DNA of 64,000 bases. Source: Acidobacteriota bacterium (lineage in GTDB: Bacteria > Acidobacteriota > Polarisedimenticolia > Polarisedimenticolales > DASRJG01). Shown here piece by piece: positions 42,469 to 51,727 of the stretch. The translations under genes were made by a program, and so were the position numbers. The notes beneath the pieces were generated by a model. The model was not told the origin of the DNA. It ran no database searches and saw only the letters and a list, made by a program, of their open reading frames with translations. The stretch spans positions 5,189 through 69,188 of the forward strand of contig JBGQLU010000001.1 in assembly GCA_041500265.1 (NCBI GenBank), written 5' to 3'. The number at the start of each line of letters is the position of its first letter. Positions within the stretch are counted from its first letter, which is position 1.

Positions 42469-43587
42469 GTGCCCCTGTTCGAATACGCGGTCAGCTTCGG
42501 GCTGGCGCTCCTGATATCGGCCGGGATTCTGCCGGCCGTGATCCGGCTCGCCCACCGCGTGGGAGCCGTGGATCGCCCCGGGGGCCGGCGCGGCCACGAG
42601 GGGGAGATCCCCCGTCTCGGAGGGATCGGGATCTTCCTGGGGTTCGTCGCCGGTGCAGGGAGCGCGCTTCTCCTAGCGGGCCAGGCTCGAAGCCTGGGGG
42701 ATCCTTCGTCGGAGTTCCCGTGGGCGGGCGCCGGACTCGGCGCATCGATCGTGTTCGCTGCCGGACTCATGGACGATCTTCGTCAGTTTCGACCTCGGAC
42801 GAAGTTCCTCTTTCAGGTGATTGCGGCGAGCGTGGCGGTGGCATTCGGCGTCCGCATCGACGTCATGAACGCGCCTTTCGGGAGCCCGATCGTGCTCGGC
42901 GCGTTGAGTCCGCTCGTGACGGTCGGTTGGATCCTGGTCGTGACCAACGCGATGAATCTCGTCGACGGTCTCGACGGTCTCGCGGGTGGGCTGGCGCTGA
43001 TCGTCACCACGACGATGGCGTTCGTCGCGCTGGCGCTCGGCCACTTCGGTGTTGTCATTTGCGCCGTCGGGCTCGCCGGCGCGCTCGTCGGGTTCCTCCG
43101 GTACAACTTCAACCCCGCGCGGATCTTCATGGGTGACGGCGGAAGCCAGTTCCTCGGTTTCGTTCTTGCCATCGTCTCGATCCGCGGGTCCGCCAAGGGT
43201 GCGACGGCCGTGGCCGTGACCCTACCGCTCCTGGTTCTCGGCCTCCCGCTTCTCGACCTGACCACGACGGTGGCGCGGCGCGCCTTCCGCCGCAAGAGAG
43301 CCGGGGCTCCAGCGCCCGAATCGCTGCTCCGACGTATCTCGAGCGCCGACCGCGAGCATCTGCACCACAACCTTCTCGATCTGGGCTGGTCGCCTCGCCG
43401 CGCGGTCCTGGCGCTCTACCTCATCGCCTCGATCTTCGCCCTGTCGGGGTACCTGAGTCTCGCTCGGAACAGCCTGCCCCTTGCGGCGATGCTGCTGATC
43501 GTTTGCGTCGCGTGCGTCGCGGTCATCAAGGTCGCGTTGGTTGCGTCCCGCGCGCAGCCGTCGCCGAACTCCCGGGAGGGCCCGTAG
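42469..43587 (+). CDS. undecaprenyl-phosphate HexNAc-1-phosphate transferase (WecA/WbpL, MraY family) - initiating enzyme
   Basis: 372 aa from a GTG start. Reads DRPGGRRGHEGEIPRLGGIGIF and NAMNLVDGLDGLAGG, with about 10-11 TM helices. Confidence 0.85.
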   Translation: MPLFEYAVSFGLALLISAGILPAVIRLAHRVGAVDRPGGRRGHEGEIPRLGGIGIFLGFVAGAGSALLLAGQARSLGDPSSEFPWAGAGLGASIVFAAGLMDDLRQFRPRTKFLFQVIAASVAVAFGVRIDVMNAPFGSPIVLGALSPLVTVGWILVVTNAMNLVDGLDGLAGGLALIVTTTMAFVALALGHFGVVICAVGLAGALVGFLRYNFNPARIFMGDGGSQFLGFVLAIVSIRGSAKGATAVAVTLPLLVLGLPLLDLTTTVARRAFRRKRAGAPAPESLLRRISSADREHLHHNLLDLGWSPRRAVLALYLIASIFALSGYLSLARNSLPLAAMLLIVCVACVAVIKVALVASRAQPSPNSREGP

Positions 43588-43704
43588 GCCTCCGGGCCGT
43601 GGGTCGCGAACTCCCGCCGGGACTCCCGAATCAGCAGGGTGGGACCGGGCTGGCTGCACAGGGCACGCCAAGGCGGCTGGTAGAGCGCTCGTCCCTCGCC
43701 TAAG

Positions 43705-44901
43705 ATGTCCGGGAACGCCCTCTACTCAATTCACGTGGGAAGGACCGCCGTGACGTCTGCGAGGGTCATCGACGGAGCGTTCGAAGGGAGCCCAGGCGTG
43801 GTCGTACGTTCTTTCTTGGGGATTTTGAGCCTCTGCGTCGGGGCGACCATCGGCGCCGGGGCGGCGGTCGCCGGCGAGGCGAGCGCGGCGACCGTGCGGT
43901 GGGATGCGAGCCCGGAAGCTGGGACCGTGGCGCTCGTTCTCGAGTTCAGCGGCGACACAGGCGCGATCGAGGCTCGAATGGGCGGATCGGGACTCGAGGT
44001 CGTTCTCCTGGGTACGACGGTCGCGGAGAACGGACTGCCCAGCGGCGTGAAAGCCATACGCGAGGAAGGGGGGACCCGCCTCCGGCTGGAGCGGCAGGGA
44101 CTCGTCGTCCGCTCCGTCCGGCTCGATCGCAAGGCTGCGACCATCGTGATGAACGCCCCGTCGCCCGACTCGACCGCAGCTTCCGGCTACGCCGTCGGAG
44201 TCGGGGACGTTCTGACGGTCTCCGTCTACAGTAACGCCGACCTGTCCGGCGACTTCACCGTCGGTCCCGACGGGACGATCGCCGTCCCGCTCGTGGGACC
44301 GTTCCCCGTCTCCGGTCGCACCGAAGCCGCCATCACCGCTGAGCTGACCGCGCGTCTCGCGGACAAGTTCTTGGTGGACCCGCAGGTCTCCGTGACGGTC
44401 AAGACCTACCAGAGCCAGTTCGTCTACGTCACGGGGGCGGTGCCGCGCGCCAGCCGCGTGGCCATTCGTCCCGGGATGACCCTTCGGGGCGCTCTTGCGG
44501 AGGCCGGCGCGGCCCTTTCCCCGGGAATGTCGGTCGAGTTGCGCCGGGCCACCCGTGAAACCTCGATGCTCGACGGCGCCGCGCTCGATTCCGCGAGCGC
44601 ACCCCTCCCCAAGGACGGGGACGTGCTGACGGTTCAGCAGTCGAATTACGTTTCGATCTACGGCGAGGTTCGCCGTGCGAACAGGCTGGCCTTCACGCCC
44701 GACATGACGCTCCTCCAGGCGATCGCGATGGCCGAGGGGCTGACCGACTGGGCGAACAAGAAGAAGATCCAGATTCTCCGGAAAGGTCCGGGAGGAACCG
44801 AGACGGTCGCCGTCAACCTCAACGCGGTGGAAAAGCACGAGATCCCCGACCCGCCGCTCCAACCGGAGGACGTGATCATCGTGGGGAGGCGCTTCCTCTA
44901 G
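43705..44901 (+). CDS. polysaccharide export protein (Wza-like Poly_export + SLBB) with N-terminal AMIN-like extension
   Basis: 398-aa ORF. A GTG at 43798, preceded by GGGAG, is a plausible true start and would give signal peptide VVVRSFLGILSLCVGATIGAGAAVAG. The Poly_export core is YAVGVGDVLTVSVYSNADLSGDFTVGPDGTIAVPLVG...VTVKTYQSQFVYVTGAV. Two SLBB-like segments follow. Confidence 0.8.
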   Translation: MSGNALYSIHVGRTAVTSARVIDGAFEGSPGVVVRSFLGILSLCVGATIGAGAAVAGEASAATVRWDASPEAGTVALVLEFSGDTGAIEARMGGSGLEVVLLGTTVAENGLPSGVKAIREEGGTRLRLERQGLVVRSVRLDRKAATIVMNAPSPDSTAASGYAVGVGDVLTVSVYSNADLSGDFTVGPDGTIAVPLVGPFPVSGRTEAAITAELTARLADKFLVDPQVSVTVKTYQSQFVYVTGAVPRASRVAIRPGMTLRGALAEAGAALSPGMSVELRRATRETSMLDGAALDSASAPLPKDGDVLTVQQSNYVSIYGEVRRANRLAFTPDMTLLQAIAMAEGLTDWANKKKIQILRKGPGGTETVAVNLNAVEKHEIPDPPLQPEDVIIVGRRFL

Positions 44902-44987
44902 GCCCGCGGACGACTTGTTGCAGGAAAACCCCGGACGTATATTCGGACGTTCTGGGTGAGACGCGACCCACCGACGAAAGGAATGAC

Positions 44988-47132
44988 GTGGCGACCACGA
45001 ACCCGGCGACGGATCATCTGGGAAAGGCGCGGGAGGCACACCTTCTCGACTATTGGAGGGTCGTGTGGCAGGGCCGCGCCACGATCATCGCCATCTTTCT
45101 GGCCGTCGTCGGGCTGACCTTCGTGCGCGTCTCCTTCTCGACGCCGATCTACGAAGCGAGCGCGGTCCTCGAGATCAAGCCGGAGCCGCGCCAGATCCTG
45201 CCGGGGCAGGAACAGTGGGTCGGGGCGGAGGGTGGCGGCTGGCTGGCGGAGGAGAAGTACTTCAATACCCAGCTCGAGGTTCTCAGGAGCCGAGACGTCG
45301 CGGAACGGACGTTCCGGCAGCTGCATCTGCAGGACCACCCGCTCTTCAAGAACTCCAAGGATCCGGTGGCGGCCTTCGCCTCCCTCATCGAAATCACCCC
45401 GAAGCTCAACACGAGACTCGTGACCTTACGGATGTCCGGGCCGAATCCGAGCGAGATCAAGGATTGGGTCAACACCCTCTCCGACGTCTACGTGAAGCGA
45501 AACGTGGATGAGGCGACCGCGAGCTTCCGCGCCATCATGGACGAGGTCGAGCGTGGCCTGAAGCGGTTCCGCGCGAACCTTGGAGCCGCGGACGTCGACC
45601 GGATGAAGACCGCCGCCGACGCCGAGCTGTTCGTGCCGGAGAACCAGCAAGAGGGCCTCCGCCAGAGCCTCGGCACCTACAACGAGAGCCTGGCGAAGCT
45701 GCGGGTCGAGCTTGCCGGCATCCAAGCCGAGGTGGACAGCTACGATCGCGCTCGAAAGGACGGCGGGGACGTCCTGTCGGTGGTAAGCGTGGCGCAGGAC
45801 CCGATGGTGCAGGACCTCGTCGCCCAGCGGCAGACCGCCGAGAAGGACCTCCGCAAGATCGAGGCGGAGAAGAAACCCGGTCACCCCGAGTACCTCGCCA
45901 AGCTCGGGGAGATCGAGAAGATCAAGGAAAAAGTCGACAGGCAGGTGGACGCGATCTACGACAAGCTCCGGACGCGCCTCCGCCTCGCCCAGAGGAACGA
46001 GGCGTACCTCGTCGGCCAGATCCATCAAACGGAAGAAGAAGGCTACCGGATCAAGCAAGCGAGCACGACGTACGAACTGCAAAAGGCGGATGCCGCGAGC
46101 CAGCGCAAGGTGTACGACGTCGTCGCGGAAACGATGAATCGATTGACGGTCGGGGCCCAGCTGGTCTCGATGAACAACAACCTCTCGATTCTCGACCGCG
46201 CGACGGAGCCCCTCCGCCCCGTGAAGCCGCGAAAGCTTCTCTCGCTCGGGATCGGCAGCCTGCTCGGGCTCCTGATGGGTGTGACCGCGGTGCTGTTCCT
46301 GGATTACCTGGACAACACGGTGCGCTCGCCCGAGGACATCGAGCAGTTCCTGGGGCTGGGGATCCTGGGCATCATCCCGAAGTATCGCGACCGCGAAGCC
46401 TCGGCCGTGCGCGAGGCGTTCCAAAGCCTCCGCACGAGCATTCTGTTCTCCAGCCACAATCGCGAGAGGAACGTGCTGCTGTTGACGAGCGCCGGTCCTC
46501 AGGAGGGAAAGTCCAGCACCGTGTCGCTGATCGCGCGGGCGCTGGCGTCGGCGGGTGATCGGGTGATCGTCCTCGATTGCGACCTCCGCCGGCCGACCCA
46601 GCACCAGCAGTTGAACGTGCCGCGGGAGCCGGGGGTCACCAACTATCTGGTCGAAGGCCGAGACGGCGACCACGAGCGGTACGTTCAGGCCACCGATGTT
46701 CCGACGCTGCGGGTCTTCGCTTGCGGCCCGATTCCTCCGAACCCGCCCGAGCTCATCGGGTCTCCCAAGTTCAGAAATCTCCTTCAGAGTCTCAAGAGCT
46801 CGTACGACTGGGTCGTCATCGACAGCCCGCCGGTCTCGACGTTGGCGGATAGCGTCGTCCTGGCGTCGATGGCGGACATGATGATCATGGTGATCAAGCA
46901 CAACCAGAACGATCGAGAGCTCATCCGCCGCAGCCTGAAGCGGCTTCGCGACATTGACGTCCGCGTCAGCGGCGCGGTGCTGAACGCCGTCGATCTCGAC
47001 CGAACCTATTACGGGGACTACTACTACTCCGGATACGAACCCCACAGCGAAGCCGACGGCTCACGGAAAACGGCTCGGCGCTTCGCCGGACGATCGGATT
47101 CGCGTAAGTCCGGCGGCAAGGTAGCTCTCTAG
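44988..47132 (+). CDS. polysaccharide co-polymerase / tyrosine autokinase (Wzc/GumC-like)
   Basis: 714 aa from a GTG start. It has an N-terminal Wzz-type TM helix, a coiled-coil periplasmic region and a second TM helix. The P-loop is LLLTSAGPQEGKSST, followed by VIVLDCDLRRP, and the tail is Tyr-rich (YYGDYYYSGYE). Confidence 0.85.
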   Translation: MATTNPATDHLGKAREAHLLDYWRVVWQGRATIIAIFLAVVGLTFVRVSFSTPIYEASAVLEIKPEPRQILPGQEQWVGAEGGGWLAEEKYFNTQLEVLRSRDVAERTFRQLHLQDHPLFKNSKDPVAAFASLIEITPKLNTRLVTLRMSGPNPSEIKDWVNTLSDVYVKRNVDEATASFRAIMDEVERGLKRFRANLGAADVDRMKTAADAELFVPENQQEGLRQSLGTYNESLAKLRVELAGIQAEVDSYDRARKDGGDVLSVVSVAQDPMVQDLVAQRQTAEKDLRKIEAEKKPGHPEYLAKLGEIEKIKEKVDRQVDAIYDKLRTRLRLAQRNEAYLVGQIHQTEEEGYRIKQASTTYELQKADAASQRKVYDVVAETMNRLTVGAQLVSMNNNLSILDRATEPLRPVKPRKLLSLGIGSLLGLLMGVTAVLFLDYLDNTVRSPEDIEQFLGLGILGIIPKYRDREASAVREAFQSLRTSILFSSHNRERNVLLLTSAGPQEGKSSTVSLIARALASAGDRVIVLDCDLRRPTQHQQLNVPREPGVTNYLVEGRDGDHERYVQATDVPTLRVFACGPIPPNPPELIGSPKFRNLLQSLKSSYDWVVIDSPPVSTLADSVVLASMADMMIMVIKHNQNDRELIRRSLKRLRDIDVRVSGAVLNAVDLDRTYYGDYYYSGYEPHSEADGSRKTARRFAGRSDSRKSGGKVAL

Positions 47133-47148
47133 GCCGGACGGGCCCTCC

Positions 47149-48315
47149 ATGCGGCTGGGAGTCGACGCCACCAATATCCGGGGGGGCGGGGGCGTCACGC
47201 ATCTCGTGAGCCTCCTGTCCGCCGCCGACCCGCCGGCGCACGGAATCTCCCGCGTCGTCGTCTGGGCGCCGCGGACGACGCTCGACGAGCTTCCCCGCCG
47301 CCCGTGGCTGCAGCTCGCGATCGAGCCCGCTCTCGATGGATCCTCGGCTCGACGTCTTCTTTGGCAGCGATTCGCGCTGTCGAGAGCGGCCGCCCGGGAG
47401 TCCGATCTCCTCTGGGTGCTGGGTGGAAACGCCGGCGGCGCGTTCAGGCCGTTCGTCGCCATGAGCCAGAACATGCTTCCGTTCGAGCCGGCCGAGCGCC
47501 GCCGCTACGGAATTTCGTGGATGAGGGTGCGCCTCGCGCTGCTCGCGAGGTCCCAGGCGGCGACGTTCGCCCGGGCCGACGGTTTAATGTTCCTCACGCG
47601 ATACGCCAGAGATACCGTGATGGCAGGTTTACGAACGACGTCCGGGGACATCGCGATCGTTCCCCACGGCGTGGACGATCGATTCCGCCTCGCGCCGCGG
47701 CGTCAGCGCCGACCGGCCGAGATCGACGCGACCTCGCCGTTTCGCCTCCTGTCCGTATCCGTCGTGGACCTCTACAAGCACCAGTGGATCGCGGCGGAGG
47801 CGGTCGCGCGGTTGCGCGCGCGCGGAGTTCATGTGGCGATCGACTTCGTCGGGCCCGCCTACCCCCCGGCGCTCGCACGCCTTCGCCGGGTTCTCGATCG
47901 AGTCGATCCCGGCGCGGAGGCCATCCGGTACCGGGGCACGGTTCCCTATGCGACGCTGCACGACCACTACCACGCCGCGGAGGGGTTCGTGTTTTCGTCG
48001 AGCTGCGAGAGCATCTCGATCATCGTGCTCGAAGCGATGGCGTCGGGGCTTCCGATCGCGTGCTCGAATCGCGGACCGATGCCGGAGATCCTCGGCGACG
48101 CCGGGGTCTACTTCGATCCGGAGGATCCCGACGCGACCGCCGGCGCCATCGAGCGGCTCGTCGGCGATCCGGACCTCCGCGAGCGCTGCGCGCGGGAGGC
48201 CTACGCGCGCGCTCTCGCCTACACGTGGGAGCGATGCGCGGGGGAAACGCTGGAGTTTCTGGCGAAGGTCCACCGCCGGCGAGCCGGCGGATCGCGGAGC
48301 GCCCGACGGACATGA
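47149..48315 (+). CDS. glycosyltransferase family 4 (GT-B)
   Basis: 388 aa with the C-terminal motif AEGFVFSSSCESISIIVLEAMASGLPIACSNRGPMPEILGDAGVYFDPEDP (EX7E type). Confidence 0.85.
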   Translation: MRLGVDATNIRGGGGVTHLVSLLSAADPPAHGISRVVVWAPRTTLDELPRRPWLQLAIEPALDGSSARRLLWQRFALSRAAARESDLLWVLGGNAGGAFRPFVAMSQNMLPFEPAERRRYGISWMRVRLALLARSQAATFARADGLMFLTRYARDTVMAGLRTTSGDIAIVPHGVDDRFRLAPRRQRRPAEIDATSPFRLLSVSVVDLYKHQWIAAEAVARLRARGVHVAIDFVGPAYPPALARLRRVLDRVDPGAEAIRYRGTVPYATLHDHYHAAEGFVFSSSCESISIIVLEAMASGLPIACSNRGPMPEILGDAGVYFDPEDPDATAGAIERLVGDPDLRERCAREAYARALAYTWERCAGETLEFLAKVHRRRAGGSRSARRT

Positions 48316-49427
48316 CCGAACGATTCAAGCTCCTGATCTGGTCGCCGATTCCATCGCATCACCAATCGGAGTTCTTCGGCGCTCTGCGCTCGGACGGCGT
48401 GGATCTGGTGGTCCATTACTTCATGGCCGTGCCCCGGGATCGCCTCGAGCTCGGCTGGGACGATCCTGCCGCCCTGCCGGCGGGCGAGCGGCGCGTGCCA
48501 GCACGGGTGGCGTCGGTTCGGTTGTGCGCAGACTGGCGGGAGCGTATTCACATCCTGCCGGGTTACGGGCACCCCTTCCTTCTGGGGTTGGCGTTGTTCT
48601 GCTCGTGGCGAGGCTTGACGTGGCTGCACTGGAGCGAGCCGTCGGATCCCAATGCGAGGTGGCGCCGCATCACGAACCTCGTACGCCGCTTCTATGCCGC
48701 GCTCGTCAATCGATACGCTTGCGGTGCCTTGGCCATTGGCGAAATGGCGCGGCAGGATTTCGTCCGGTGGGGGATCCGCCCGAACCGGATCCGCCTTCTT
48801 CCGTATAGCATCGCGCCGGTGCACACGGGAGCCGTCGCGGCTCGGAATCCGGGGAACGGGGCGGGCGTGCGATTCCTCTTTCTCGGAGTGCTCAAGGTGC
48901 GCAAGGCGGTCGACGTGCTCTTGACGGCATTCGCGCAGGTCGTCGCGCGTTATCCGAACGCGAGCTTGACGCTGGTCGGCAACGACGAGTCGGGCGGCGC
49001 CTACCAGCGATTGGCCGAATCTCTCGGGGTTTTCACGCAGGCCCGGTTCCTCGGGAGCGTGGGGGCGGGAACGATCGGCGAGATCCTCGCTTCGCACGAC
49101 GTTCTGGTGCTTCCGTCGAGGTTCGACGGGTGGGGAATGGTTCTGAGCGAGGCCGCGTCCGCGGGTTTGGCGTTGATCGCCACGGACAGGTGTGGAGCGG
49201 CCCACCACCTGATCGAGAACGGGACGGCGGGATACCTGGTGCCCGCCGAAGACGCCCGATCCTTGGCCGATGCGATGATGCAATACTGCGCGGCTCCCGA
49301 GACGATCGCCCGGCACGGCGCGCGGAGTCGTGAGCTGTTCGCCGAGCTCGTGCCCGCGAGGAATTCCGCGAGGCTGCGGGCCGCCGTTCAGGACCTCTGC
49401 TCGTCTCCGCGAGCGTCTGGCGCCTGA
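48312..49427 (+). CDS. glycosyltransferase family 4 (GT-B)
   Basis: Starts at an internal ATG of ORF 47304..49427, forming an ATGA overlap. Reads HDVLVLPSRFDGWGMVLSEAASAGLALIATDRCGAAHHLIENGTAGYLVP. Confidence 0.85.
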   Translation: MTERFKLLIWSPIPSHHQSEFFGALRSDGVDLVVHYFMAVPRDRLELGWDDPAALPAGERRVPARVASVRLCADWRERIHILPGYGHPFLLGLALFCSWRGLTWLHWSEPSDPNARWRRITNLVRRFYAALVNRYACGALAIGEMARQDFVRWGIRPNRIRLLPYSIAPVHTGAVAARNPGNGAGVRFLFLGVLKVRKAVDVLLTAFAQVVARYPNASLTLVGNDESGGAYQRLAESLGVFTQARFLGSVGAGTIGEILASHDVLVLPSRFDGWGMVLSEAASAGLALIATDRCGAAHHLIENGTAGYLVPAEDARSLADAMMQYCAAPETIARHGARSRELFAELVPARNSARLRAAVQDLCSSPRASGA

Positions 49428-49442
49428 GCGGCCGCCTTCACG

Positions 49443-50672
49443 ATGCACATCCTCTACATCTCGCAGTACTTCCCGCCGGAGATGGGAGCGCCCGCGGCGC
49501 GGGTCTACGAGCTTTCGCGGGAATGGGTCCGGATGGGCCACCGCGTGACCGTCCTGACCGGCTTTCCGAATCATCCGACGGGGGTCGTTCCCCCCGAGTA
49601 CCGGGGCCGGGCCTTTGAGCGCGAGACGACCGACGGGATCGAGGTGGTCCGGACGTGGCTCTACGCCGCGCCGAACCGCGACCGGGCGCGCCGCATCCTG
49701 AACTACCTCTCGTTCCCGGCGAGCGCCATCGTCCTCGGCGCCCCCTCGATCCGCGGCGCCGACGTGGTGATCGGGACGTCCCCGCAGTTTCTCGTGGCCG
49801 TCGCCGGATGGGTCGTCGCGGCGGTCAAGCGCAGGCCGTTCATCTTCGAGGTGCGCGACCTGTGGCCCGACTCCATCGAGGCGGTCGGAGCCATCCATAG
49901 CCGCACGATCCTGGGCGCCCTCCGCGCGGTGGAGGAATTCCTGTATCGCCGCGCGACCCGGATCGTCGCGGTCGCGCGATCGACGCCCCGCATCCTGGCG
50001 GAGCGCGGATTCGATCCCCGGAAGATGGCGGTGATTCCGAACGGTGTCGACCTCGACCTCTTCGAGCCCGGCTCCCACGACAACGAGTTTCGGCGGCGCC
50101 ACGTGCCGGCGGGGAGCTTCGTCGTCTCCTACATCGGAACCCACGGCATGGCGCACGCCCTCGACAGCGTGCTGCGGACGGCCCACGCCCTGCGGGACGA
50201 CCCCCGGTTCCGCTTCCTGCTCGTCGGAGAGGGGGCGGAAAAGCCGAAGCTCCTCGCCCAGGCGGCGGAGCTCGGTTGCGACAACGTCGTCTTCCTGGAC
50301 CAGCAGCCGCGAGGGACCCTCCCCGAGATCTATCGTGCGTCCGACGTCTGCCTCGTGCCCCTTCGCAAGACCCCGCTCTTTCAGGCTGTCTTGCCGTCGA
50401 AGATGTTCGAGATCATGGGCTGCGGGAGACCGATCGTGCTCTCCGTCGAGGGGGAAGCCAAGGAGCTCCTCGCCGAGTCCGGGGCGGGCGTCGCCGTGGA
50501 GCCCGAGTCGGTGGACGCGCTGGCGGCGGCGCTCCGGACGCTCGCGGCGGACCCGGCGAGGACGACATCCATGGGGGAGGCGGGCCGGGCCTTCGTCGAG
50601 GCGAAGTACTCTCGCACGGCGCTCGCGCGCGACTACATCGAGGTGCTCCGCGCGGTCGTCCTACGTCGCTGA
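49443..50672 (+). CDS. glycosyltransferase family 4, WcaI-like
   Basis: 409 aa. Reads [45 protein letters not shown], with a C-terminal segment [15 protein letters not shown]. Confidence 0.85.
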   Translation: MHILYISQYFPPEMGAPAARVYELSREWVRMGHRVTVLTGFPNHPTGVVPPEYRGRAFERETTDGIEVVRTWLYAAPNRDRARRILNYLSFPASAIVLGAPSIRGADVVIGTSPQFLVAVAGWVVAAVKRRPFIFEVRDLWPDSIEAVGAIHSRTILGALRAVEEFLYRRATRIVAVARSTPRILAERGFDPRKMAVIPNGVDLDLFEPGSHDNEFRRRHVPAGSFVVSYIGTHGMAHALDSVLRTAHALRDDPRFRFLLVGEGAEKPKLLAQAAELGCDNVVFLDQQPRGTLPEIYRASDVCLVPLRKTPLFQAVLPSKMFEIMGCGRPIVLSVEGEAKELLAESGAGVAVEPESVDALAAALRTLAADPARTTSMGEAGRAFVEAKYSRTALARDYIEVLRAVVLRR

Positions 50673-51611
50673 GCCAGCGATGCGAGCCCGGAAGTCCTCG
50701 ACGGTGCGCCGGAGCCCTTCCGCGATCGACGTGCGCGGCCCCCATCCCAGGGCGCTCGTCGCCAATCCGATGTCGGGTTGGCGCACCTTCGGGTCGTCCA
50801 CCGGGAGGGGCTCGTGGACGATCGGGAGCGAGGTGCCGACGAGCGTCCGGATCGTCTCCGCCATGCGCAGCACCGTCCACTCTTCGGGATTCCCGATGTT
50901 GACGGGATCGTGCAGGTCCGAGGCGAGGAGGCGGATGATCCCGTCCACCAGGTCGTCGACGTAGCAGAACGACCGCGTCTGCGACCCGTCCCCGTAGATC
51001 GTGAGCGGCTCGCCCCGCAGGGCCTGAAGGATGAAGTTGGGGATCGCGCGACCGTCGTTCAGCCGCATGCGAGGACCGAACGTGTTGAAGATCCGCACGA
51101 TCCTGGTGTCGACGGCGTGATACCGGTGGTAGGCCATCGTCAACGCTTCCGCGAACCGCTTGGCTTCGTCGTAGACGCCGCGCGGTCCGACGGGATTGAC
51201 GTTCCCCCAATACGATTCCGGCTGAGGGTGGATCAGCGGGTCTCCGTAGACCTCGGAGGTGGACGCGAGGAGGAACCTCGCGCCCTTCGCCTTGGCGATC
51301 CCCAGGGCCTTGTGGGTTCCGAGCGAGCCGACCTTGAGAGTCTGGATGGGCAGGTCGTGGTAGTCCTTGGGGCTCGCCGGGCTCGCGAAATGGAGAACTG
51401 CGTCGAGCGGACCGTCCAGGAAGACGTAATCGGTGACGTCGTGAAGCACGAACCGGAATCCCGGGTGGCCGGCGAGATGGGCGAAATTGTCGGTCGAGCC
51501 GGTGAGCAGGTTGTCCATGGCAACGACCCGCCATCCGTCCGCGAGCAGCCGATCGCAGAGGTGCGAGCCGAGGAAGCCGGCTCCGCCGGTGACGAGGGCG
51601 CGTCGGGTCAA
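50661..51611 (-). CDS. UDP-glucuronate decarboxylase (UDP-xylose synthase)
   Basis: 316 aa. Reads [55 protein letters not shown] and [12 protein letters not shown]. Confidence 0.9.
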   Translation of the reverse strand: MTRRALVTGGAGFLGSHLCDRLLADGWRVVAMDNLLTGSTDNFAHLAGHPGFRFVLHDVTDYVFLDGPLDAVLHFASPASPKDYHDLPIQTLKVGSLGTHKALGIAKAKGARFLLASTSEVYGDPLIHPQPESYWGNVNPVGPRGVYDEAKRFAEALTMAYHRYHAVDTRIVRIFNTFGPRMRLNDGRAIPNFILQALRGEPLTIYGDGSQTRSFCYVDDLVDGIIRLLASDLHDPVNIGNPEEWTVLRMAETIRTLVGTSLPIVHEPLPVDDPKVRQPDIGLATSALGWGPRTSIAEGLRRTVEDFRARIAGSAT

Positions 51612-51727
51612 GTCCTTCTCCTTGCCGGTGGGCGACGGGCCGCGAATTGTAGCCGACCGCCGTTCTTCCGTGGTGGGACGGCGGGATTCGGCCTATCTTT
51701 TCCCCGGATGACACCACGGGGCCAGCG

